Assembly: GCF_009914755.1 (NCBI RefSeq)
Contig: NC_060935.1
DNA length: 64,000 nt
Reading direction: 5' to 3' (one strand)
Source of the DNA: the human T2T-CHM13v2.0 reference genome, Homo sapiens
Shown one piece after another: positions 49,484-60,800 of this stretch (position 1 is the stretch's first letter; each line of letters starts with the position of its first letter). Below the pieces are notes generated by a model. It did no database searches. It worked only from the letters and a program-made list of their open reading frames with translations, and was not told the DNA's origin. The position numbers and the translations under genes were made by a program.

Positions 49484-52400
49484 TAACTTCATCTAAAAAC
49501 CAAACGGAAGCATTCACAGACAATTCTTAGTGATCATTGGATTGAACTAACAGAGCTGAACATTCCTTTAGATGGCGCAGTTTCCAAACACACTTTCTGT
49601 AGAATCTGCAAGTGGATATTTGGACCTCTCTGAGGATTTCGTTGGAAACGGGATATACTTCCCAGAACTACACGGAAGCATTCTGAGAAACTTCTTTGTG
49701 ATGTTTGCATTCAACTCACAGAGTTGAACCTTGCTTTCATAGTTCAGCTTTCAAACACTCTTTTTGTAGAATCTGCAAGTGGATATTTGGACCACTTTGT
49801 GGCCTTCCTTCGAAACGGGTATATCTTCACATCAAAGCTAGACAGAAGCATTCTCAGAATGTTTCCTGTGATGACTGCATTCAACTCACAGAGGTGAACA
49901 ATCCTGCTGATGGAGCAGTTTTGAAACTCTCTTTCTTTGGATTCTGCAAGTGGATATGTGGACCTCTGTGAAGATTTCGTTGGAAAAGTGTTCATCTTCA
50001 CAGAAAAACTAAACAGGAGCATTCTCAGAAACTGCTTTGTGATGTTTGTGTTCCACTTCAGGAATTGAACTTTCCTCTTGACAGAGCAGCTCTGAAACCC
50101 TCTTTTTCTAGAATCTGCAAGTGGACATTTGGAGGGCTTTGAGGCCTGTGGTGGAAAAGGAAAATCTTCACATAAAAACTAGATGGAAGCATTCTCAGAA
50201 ACTACTTTGTGATGATTGCATTCGACTCACAGAGTTGAACATTCCTATAGAGAGAGCAGGTTGTAAACAATCTTTTTGTAGAATCTGAGATTGGAGATTT
50301 GGACTGCTTTGAGGCCTACTGTAGTAAAGGAAATAACTTCATTTAAAAACCAAACGGAAGCATTCACAGACAATTCTTAGTGATCATTGGATTGAACTAA
50401 CAGAGCTGAACATTCCTTTAGATGGCACAGTTTCCAAACACACTTTCTGTAGAATCTGCAAGTGGATATTTGGACCTCTCTGAGGATTTCGTTGGAAACG
50501 GGATAAACTTCCCAGAACTACACGGAAGCATTCTGAGAAACTTCTTTGTGATGTTTGCATTCAACTCACAGAGTTGAACCTTGCTTTCATAGTTCAGCTT
50601 TCAAACACTCTTTTTGTAGAATCTGCAAGTAGATATTTGGACCACTTTGTGGCCTTCCTTCGAAACGGGTATATCTTCACATCAAACCTAGACAGAAGCA
50701 TTCTCAGAATGTTTCCTGTGATGACTGCATTCAACTCACAGAGGTGAACAATCCTGTTGATGGAGCAGTTTTGAAACTCTCTTTCTTTGGATTCTGCATG
50801 TGGATATGTGGACCTCTGTGAAGATTTCGTTGGAAACGGGTTCATCTTCACAGAAAAACTAAACAGGAGCATTCTCAGAAACTGCTTTGTGATGTTTGTG
50901 TTCCACTTCAGGAATTGAACTTTCCTCTTGACAGAGTAGCTCTGAAACCCTCTTTTTCTAGAATCTGCAAGTGGACATTTGGAGGGCTTTGAGGCCTGTG
51001 GTGGAAAAGGAAAATCTTCACATAAAAACTAGATGGAAGCATTCTCAGAAACTACTTTGTGATGATTGCATTCGACTCACAGAGTTGAACATTCCTATAG
51101 ATAGAGCAGGTTGTAAACAATCTTTTTGTAGAATCTGCGATTGGAGATTTGGACTGCTTTGAGGCCTACTGTAGTAAAGGAAAGAACTTCATCTAAAAAC
51201 CAAACGGAAGCATTCACAGACAATTTTTTGTGATGATTTGATTGAACTAACCGAGCTGAACATTCCTTTAGATGGAGCCGTTTCCAAACACACTTTCTGT
51301 AGAATCTGCAAGTGGACATTTGGACCTCTCTGAGGGTTTCGTTGGAAACGGGATAAACTTCCCAGAACTACACGGAAGCATTCTGAGAAACTTCTTTGTG
51401 ATGTTTGCATTCAACTCACAGAGTTGAACCTTGCTTTCATAATTCAGCTTTCAAACACTCTTTTTGTAGAATCTGCAAGTGGATATTCGGACCACTTTGT
51501 GGCCTTCCTTCGAAACGGGTATATCTTCACATCAAACCTAGACAGAAGCATTCTCAGAATGTTTCCTGTGATGACTGCATTCAACTCACAGAGGTGAACA
51601 ATCCTGTTGATGGAGCAGTTTTGAAACTCTCTTTCTTTGGATTCTGCAAGTGGATATGTGGACCTCTGTGAAGATTTCGTTGGAAACGGGTTCATCTTCA
51701 CAGAAAAACTAAACAGGAGCATTCTCAGAAACTGCTTTGTGATGTTTGTGTTCCACTTCAAGAATTGAACTTTCCTCTTGACAGAGCAGCTCTGAAACCC
51801 TCTTTTTCTAGAATCTGCAAGTGGACATTTGGAGGGCTTTGAGGCCTGTGGTGGAAAAGGAAAATCTTCACATAAAAACTAGATGGAAGCATTCTCAGAA
51901 ACTACTTTGTGATGATTGCATTCGACCCACAGAGTTGAACATTCCTATAGATAGAGCAGGTTGTAAAGAATCTTTTTGTAGAATCTGCGATTGGAGATTT
52001 GCACTGCTTTGAGGCCTACTGTAGTAAAGGAAATAACTTCATCTAAAAACCAAACGGAAGCATTCAGAGACAATTCTTAGTGATCATTGGATTGAACTAA
52101 CAGAGCTGAACATGCCTTTAGATGGCGCAGTTTCCAAACACACTTTCTGTAGAATCTGCAAGTGGATATTTGGACCTCTCTGAGGATTTCGTTGGAAACG
52201 GGATAAACTTCCCAGAACTACACGGAAGCATTCTGAGAAACTTCTTTGTGATGTTTGCATTCAACTCACAGAGTTGAACCTTGCTTTCATAGTTCAGCTT
52301 TCAAACACTCTTTTTGTAGAATCTGCAAGTGGATATTTGGACCACTTTGTGGCCTTCCTTCGAAACGGGTATATCTTCACATCAAACCTAGACAGAAGCA

Positions 52401-52659
52401 TTCTCAGAATGTTTCCTGTGATGACTGCATTCAACTCACAGAGGTGAACAATCCTGTTGATGGAGCAGTTTTGAAACTGTCTTTCTTTGGATTCTGCAAG
52501 TGGATATGTGGACCTCTGTGAAGATTTCGTTGGAAACGGGTTCATCTTCACAGAAAAACTAAACAGGAGCATTCTCAGAAACTGCTTTGTGATGTTTGTG
52601 TTCCACTTCAGGAATTGAACTTTCCTCTTGACAGAGCAGCTCTGAAACCCTCTTTTCTA

Positions 52660-55600
52660 GAATCTGCAAGTGGACATTTGGAGGGCTTTGAGGCCTGTGG
52701 TGGAAAAGGAAAATCTTCACATAAAAACTAGATGGAAGCATTCTCAGAAACTACTTTGTGATGATTGCATTCGACTCACAGAGTTGAACATTCCTATAGA
52801 TAGAGCAGGTTGTAAACAATCTTTTCGTAGAATCTGCGATTGGAGATTTGGACTGCTTTGAGGCCTACTGTAGTAAAGGAAATAACTTCATCTAAAAACC
52901 AAACGGAAGCATTCACAGACAATTCTTAGTGATCATTGGATTGAACTAACAGAGCTGAACATTCCTTTAGATGGAGCAGTGTCCAAACACACTTTCTGTA
53001 GAATCTGCCAGTGGATATTTTGACCTCTCTGAGGGTTTCGTTGGAAAAGGGATAAACTTCCCAAAACTACACGGAAGCATTCTGAGAAACTTCTTTGTGA
53101 TGTTTGCATTCAACTCACAGGGTTGAAACTTGCTTTCATAGTTCAGCTTTCAAACACTCTTTTTGTAGAATCTGCAAGTGGATATTTGGACCACTTTGTG
53201 GCCTTCCTTCGAAACGGGTATATCTTCACATCAAACCTAGACAGAAGCATTCTCAGAATGTTTCCTGTGATGACTGCATTCAACTCTCAGAGGTGAACAA
53301 TCCTGTTGATGGAGCAGTTTTGAAACTCTCTTTCTTTGGATTCTGCAAGTGGATATGTGGACCTCTGTGAACATTTCGTTGGAAACGGGTTCATCTTCAC
53401 AGAAAAACTAAACAGGAGCATTCTCAGAAACTGCTTTGTGATGTTTGTGTTCCACTTCAGGAATTGAACTTTCCTCTTGACAGAGCAGCTCTGAAACCCT
53501 CTTTTTCTAGAATCTGCAAGTGGACATTTGGAGGGCTTTGAGGCCTGTGGTGGAAAAGGAAAATCTTCACATAAAAACTAGATGGAATCATTCTCAGAAA
53601 CTACTTTGTGATGATTGCATTCGACTCACAGAGTTGAACATTCCTATAGATAGAGCAGGTTGTAAACAATCTTTTTGTAGAATCTGCGATTGGAGATTTG
53701 GACTGCTTTGAGGCCTACTGTAGTAAAGGAAAGAACTTCATCTAAAAACCAAACGGAAGCATTCACAGACAATTCTTAGTGATCATTGGATTGAACTAAC
53801 AGAGCTGAACATTCCTTTAGATGGAGCAGTTTCCAAACACACTTTCTGTAGAATCTGCAAGTGGATATTTGGACCTCTCTGAGGATTTCGTTGGAAACGG
53901 GATAAACTTCCCAGAACTACACGGAAGCATTCTGAGAATGTTCTTTGTGATGTTTGCATTCAACTCACAGAGTTGAACATGGCTTTCATATTTCAGCTTT
54001 CAAACACTCTTTTTGTAGAATCTGCAAGTGGATATTTGGACCACTTTGTGGCCTTCCTTCGAAACGGGTATATCTTCACATCAAACCTAGACAGAAGCAT
54101 TCTCAGAATGTTTCCTGTGATGACTGCATTCAACTCACAGAGGTGAAAAATCCTGTTGATGGAGCAGTTTTGAAACTCTCTTTCTTTGGATTCTGCAAGT
54201 GGATATGTGGACCTCTGTGAAGATTTCGTTGGAAACGGGTTCATCTTCACAGAAAAACTAAACAGGAGCATTCTCAGAAACTGCTTTGTGATGTTTGTGT
54301 TCCACTTCAAGAATTGAACTTTCCTCTTGACAGAGCAGCTCTGAAACCCTCTTTTTCTAGAATCTGCAAGTGGACATTTGGAGGGCTTTGAGGCCTGTGG
54401 TGGAAAAGGAAAATCTTCACATAAAAACTAGATGGAAGCATTCTCAGAAACTACTTTGTGATGATTGCATTCGACTCACAGAGTTGAACATTCCTATAGA
54501 TAGAGCAGGTTGTAAACAATCTTTTTGTAGAATCTGCGATTGGAGATTTGGACTGCTTTGAGGCCTACTGTAGTAAAGGAAATAACTTCATCTAAAAACC
54601 AAACGGAAGCATTCACAGACAATTCTTAGTGATCATTGGATTGAACTAACAGAGCTGAACATTCCTTTAGATGGCGCAGTTTCCAAACACACTTTCTGTA
54701 GAATCTGCAAGTGGATATTTGGACCTCTGTGAGGATTTCGTTGGAAACGGGATATACTTCCCAGAACTACACGGAAGCATTCTGAGAAACTTCTTTGTGA
54801 TGTTTGCATTCAACTCACAGAGTTGAACCTTGCTTTCATAGTTCAGCTTTCAAACACTCTTTTTGTAGAATCTGCAAGTGGATATTTGGACCACTTTGTG
54901 GCCTTCCTTCGAAACGGGTATATCTTCACATCAAAGCTAGACAGAAGCATTCTCAGAATGTTTCCTGTGATGACTGCATTCAACTCACAGAGGTGAACAA
55001 TCCTGCTGATGGAGCAGTTTTGAAACTCTCTTTCTTTGGATTCTGCAAGTGGATATGTGGACCTCTGTGAAGATTTCGTTGGAAAAGTGTTCATCTTCAC
55101 AGAAAAACTAAACAGGAGCATTCTCAGAAACTGCTTTGTGATGTTTGTGTTCCACTTCAGGAATTGAACTTTCCTCTTGACAGAGCAGCTCTGAAACCCT
55201 CTTTTTCTAGAATCTGCAAGTGGACATTTGGAGGGCTTTGAGGCCTGTGGTGGAAAAGGAAAATCTTCACATAAAAACTAGATGGAAGCATTCTCAGAAA
55301 CTACTTTGTGATGATTGCATTCGACTCACAGAGTTGAACATTCCTATAGATAGAGCAGGTTGTAAACAATCTTTTCGTAGAATCTGCGATTGGAGATTTG
55401 GACTGCTTTGAGGCCTACTGTAGTAAAGGAAATAACTTCATCTAAAAACCAAACGGAAGCATTCACAGACAATTCTTAGTGATCATTGGATTGAACTAAC
55501 AGAGCTGAACATTCCTTTAGATGGAGCAGTGTCCAAACACACTTTCTGTAGAATCTGCCAGTGGATATTTTGACCTCTCTGAGGGTTTCGTTGGAAAAGG

Positions 55601-57800
55601 GATAAACTTCCCAAAACTACACGGAAGCATTCTGAGAAACTTCTTTGTGATGTTTGCATTCAACTCACAGGGTTGAAACTTGCTTTCATAGTTCAGCTTT
55701 CAAACACTCTTTTTGTAGAATCTGCAAGTGGATATTTGGACCACTTTGTGGCCTTCCTTCGAAACGGGTATATCTTCACATCAAACCTAGACAGAAGCAT
55801 TCTCAGAATGTTTCCTGTGATGACTGCATTCAACTCTCAGAGGTGAACAATCCTGTTGATGGAGCAGTTTTGAAACTCTCTTTCTTTGGATTCTGCAAGT
55901 GGATATGTGGACCTCTGTGAACATTTCGTTGGAAACGGGTTCATCTTCACAGAAAAACTAAACAGGAGCATTCTCAGAAACTGCTTTGTGATGTTTGTGT
56001 TCCACTTCAGGAATTGAACTTTCCTCTTGACAGAGCAGCTCTGAAACCCTCTTTTTCTAGAATCTGCAAGTGGACATTTGGAGGGCTTTGAGGCCTGTGG
56101 TGGAAAAGGAAAATCTTCACATAAAAACTAGATGGAATCATTCTCAGAAACTACTTTGTGATGATTGCATTCGACTCACAGAGTTGAACATTCCTATAGA
56201 TAGAGCAGGTTGTAAACAATCTTTTTGTAGAATCTGCGATTGGAGATTTGGACTGCTTTGAGGCCTACTGTAGTAAAGGAAAGAACTTCATCTAAAAACC
56301 AAACGGAAGCATTCACAGACAATTCTTAGTGATCATTGGATTGAACTAACAGAGCTGAACATTCCTTTAGATGGAGCAGTTTCCAAACACACTTTCTGTA
56401 GAATCTGCAAGTGGATATTTGGACCTCTCTGAGGATTTCGTTGGAAACGGGATAAACTTCCCAGAACTACACGGAAGCATTCTGAGAATGTTCTTTGTGA
56501 TGTTTGCATTCAACTCACAGAGTTGAACATGGCTTTCATATTTCAGCTTTCAAACACTCTTTTTGTAGAATCTGCAAGTGGATATTTGGACCACTTTGTG
56601 GCCTTCCTTCGAAACGGGTATATCTTCACATCAAACCTAGACAGAAGCATTCTCAGAATGTTTCCTGTGATGACTGCATTCAACTCACAGAGGTGAAAAA
56701 TCCTGTTGATGGAGCAGTTTTGAAACTCTCTTTCTTTGGATTCTGCAAGTGGATATGTGGACCTCTGTGAAGATTTCGTTGGAAACGGGTTCATCTTCAC
56801 AGAAAAACTAAACAGGAGCATTCTCAGAAACTGCTTTGTGATGTTTGTGTTCCACTTCAAGAATTGAACTTTCCTCTTGACAGAGCAGCTCTGAAACCCT
56901 CTTTTTCTAGAATCTGCAAGTGGACATTTGGAGGGCTTTGAGGCCTGTGGTGGAAAAGGAAAATCTTCACATAAAAACTAGATGGAAGCATTCTCAGAAA
57001 CTACTTTGTGATGATTGCATTCGACTCACAGAGTTGAACATTCCTATAGATAGAGCAGGTTGTAAACAATCTTTTTGTAGAATCTGCGATTGGAGATTTG
57101 GACTGCTTTGAGGCCTACTGTAGTAAAGGAAATAACTTCATCTAAAAACCAAACGGAAGCATTCACAGACAATTCTTAGTGATCATTGGATTGAACTAAC
57201 AGAGCTGAACATTCCTTTAGATGGCGCAGTTTCCAAACACACTTTCTGTAGAATCTGCAAGTGGATATTTGGACCTCTGTGAGGATTTCGTTGGAAACGG
57301 GATATACTTCCCAGAACTACACGGAAGCATTCTGAGAAACTTCTTTGTGATGTTTGCATTCAACTCACAGAGTTGAACCTTGCTTTCATAGTTCAGCTTT
57401 CAAACACTCTTTTTGTAGAATCTGCAAGTGGATATTTGGACCACTTTGTGGCCTTCCTTCGAAACGGGTATATCTTCACATCAAACCTAGACAGAAGCAT
57501 TCTCAGAATGTTTCCTGTGATGACTGCATTCAACTCACAGAGGTGAACAATCCTGCTGATGGAGCAGTTTTGAAACTCTCTTTCTTTGGATTCTGCAAGT
57601 GGATATGTGGACCTCTGTGAAGATTTCGTTGGAAAAGTGTTCATCTTCACAGAAAAACTAAACAGGAGCATTCTCAGAAACTGCTTTGTGATGTTTGTGT
57701 TCCACTTCAGGAATTGAACTTTCCTCTTGACAGAGCAGCTCTGAAACCCTCTTTTTCTAGAATCTGCAAGTGGACATTTGGAGGGCTTTGAGGCCTGTGG
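52660..57800 (+). repeat. Tandem duplication of a 2550-bp (3-HOR) unit
   Basis: Pairs 52670/55220, 53104/55654, 53954/56504 and 54804/57354 share rare alleles. I saw one difference (aaaGctag near 54936 vs aaaCctag near 57486). Confidence 0.9.
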
Positions 57801-60800
57801 TGGAAAACGAAAATCTTCACATAAAAACTAGATGGAAGCATTCTCAGAAACTACTTTGTGATGATTGCATTCGACTCACAGAGTTGAACATTCCTATAGA
57901 GAGAGCAGGTTGTAAACAATCTTTTTGTAGAATCTGAGATTGGAGATTTGGACTGCTTTGAGGCCTACTGTAGTAAAGGAAATAACTTCATTTAAAAACC
58001 AAACGGAAGCATTCACAGACAATTCTTAGTGATCATTGGATTGAACTAACAGAGCTGAACATTCCTTTAGATGGCGCAGTTTCCAAACACACTTTCTGTA
58101 GAATCTGCAAGTGGATATTTGGACCTCTCTGAGGATTTCGTTGGAAACGGGATAAACTTCCCAGAACTACACGGAAGCATTCTGAGAAACTTCTTTGTGA
58201 TGTTTGCATTCAACTCACAGAGTTGAACCTTGCTTTCATAGTTCAGCTTTCAAACACTCTTTTTGTAGAATCTGCAAGTAGATATTTGGACCACTTTGTG
58301 GCCTTCCTTCGAAACGGGTATATCTTCACATCAAACCTAGACAGAAGCATTCTCAGAATGTTTCCTGTGATGACTGCATTGAACTCACAGAGGTGAACAA
58401 TCCTGTTGATGGAGCAGTTTTGAAACTCTCTTTCTTTGGATTCTGCATGTGGATATGTGGACCTCTGTGAAGATTTCGTTGGAAACGGGTTCATCTTCAC
58501 AGAAAAACTAAACAGGAGCATTCTCAGAAACTGCTTTGTGATGTTTGTGTTCCACTTCAGGAATTGAACTTTCCTCTTGACAGAGTAGCTCTGAAACCCT
58601 CTTTTTCTAGAATCTGCAAGTGGACATTTGGAGGGCTTTGAGGCCTGTGGTGGAAAAGGAAAATCTTCACATAAAAACTAGATGGAAGCATTCTCAGAAA
58701 CTACTTTGTGATGATTGCATTCGACTCACAGAGTTGAACATTCCTATAGATAGAGCAGGTTGTAAACAATCTTTTTGTAGAATCTGCGATTGGAGATTTG
58801 GACTGCTTTGAGGCCTACTGTAGTAAAGGAAAGAACTTCATCTAAAAACCAAACGGAAGCATTCACAGACAATTTTTAGTGATGATTTGATTGAACTAAC
58901 AGAGCTGAACATGCCTTTAGATGGCACAGTTTCCAAACACACTTTCTGTAGAATCTGCAAGTGGATATTTGGACCTCTCTGAGGATTTCGTTGGAAACGG
59001 GATAAACTTCCCAGAACTACACGGAAGCATTCTGAGAAACTTCTTTGTGATGTTTGCATTCAACTCACAGAGTTGAACCTTGCTTTCATAGTTCAGCTTT
59101 CAAACACTCTTTTTGTAGAATCTGCAAGTGGATATTTGGACCACTTTGTGGCCTTCCTTCGAAACGGGTATATCTTCACATCAAACCTAGACAGAAGCAT
59201 TCTCAGAATGTTTACTGTGATGACTGCATTCAACTCACAGAGGTGAACAATCCTGTTGATGGAGCAGTTTTGAAACTGTCTTTCTTTGCATTCTGCAAGT
59301 GGATATGTGGACCTCTGTGAAGATTTCGTTGGAAACGGGTTCATCTTCACAGAAAAACTAAACAGGAGCATTCTCAGAAACTGCTTTGTGATGTTTGTGT
59401 TCCACTTCAGGAATTGAACTTTCCTCTTGACAGAGCAGCTCTGAAACCCTCTTTTTCTAGAATCTGCAAGTGGACATTTGGAGGGCTTTGAGTCCTGTGG
59501 TGGAAAAGGAAAATCTTCACATAAAAACTAGATGGAAGCATTCTCAGAAACTACTTTGTGATGATTGCATTCGACTCACAGAGTTGAACATTCCTATAGA
59601 TAGAGCAGGTTGTAAACAATCTTTTTGTAGAATCTGCGATTGGAGATTTGGACTGCTTTGAGGCCTACTGTAGTAAAGTAAATAACTTCATCTAAAAACC
59701 AAACGGAAGCATTCACAGACAATTCTTAGTGATCATTGGATTGAACTAACAGAGCTGAACATTCCTTTAGATGGAGCAGTTTCCAAACACACTTTCTGTA
59801 GAATCTGCAAGTGGACATTTCGACCTCTCTGAGGATTTCGTTGGAAACGGGATAAACTTCCCAGAACTACACGGAAGCATTCTGAGAAACTTCTTTGTGA
59901 TGTTTGCATTCAACTCACAGAGTTGAACCTTGCTTTCATAGTTCAGCTTTCAAACACTCTTTTTGTACAATCTGCAAGTGGATATTTGGACCACTTTGTG
60001 GCCTTCCTTCGAAACGGGTATATCTTCACATCAAACCTAGACAGAAGCATTCTCAGAATGTTTCCTGTGATGACTGCATTCAACTCACAGAGGTGAACAA
60101 TCCTGCTGATGGAGCAGTTTTGAAACTCTCTTTCTTTGGATTCTGCAAGTGGATATGTGGACCTCTGTGAAGATTTCGTTGGAAACGGGTTCATCTTCAC
60201 AGAAAAACTAAACAGGAGCATTCTCAGAAACTGCTTTGTGATGTTTGTGTTCCACTTCAGGAATTGAACTTTCCTCTTGACAGAGCAGCTCTGAAACCCT
60301 CTTTTCTAGAATCTGCAAGTGGACATTTGGAGGGCTTTGAGGCCTGTGGTGGAAAAGGAAAATCTTCACATAAAAACTAGATGGAAGCATTCTCAGAAAC
60401 TACTTTGTGATGATTGCATTCGACTCACAGAGTTGAACATTCCTATAGATAGAGCAGGTTGTAAACAATCTTTTCGTAGAATCTGCGATTGGAGATTTGG
60501 ACTGCTTTGAGGCCTACTGTAGTAAAGGAAATAACTTCATCTAAAAACCACACGGAAGCATTCACAGACAATTCTTAGTGATCATTGGATTGAACTAACA
60601 GAGCTGAACATTCCTTTAGATGGAGCAGTTTCCAAACACATTTTCTGTAGAATCTGCCAGTGGATATTTTGACCTCTCTGAGGATTTCGTTGGAAAAGGG
60701 ATAAACTTCCCAAAACTACACGGAAGCATTCTGAGAAACTTCTTTGTGATGTTTGCATTCAACTCACAGGGTTGAAACTTGCTTTCATAGTTCAGCTTTC

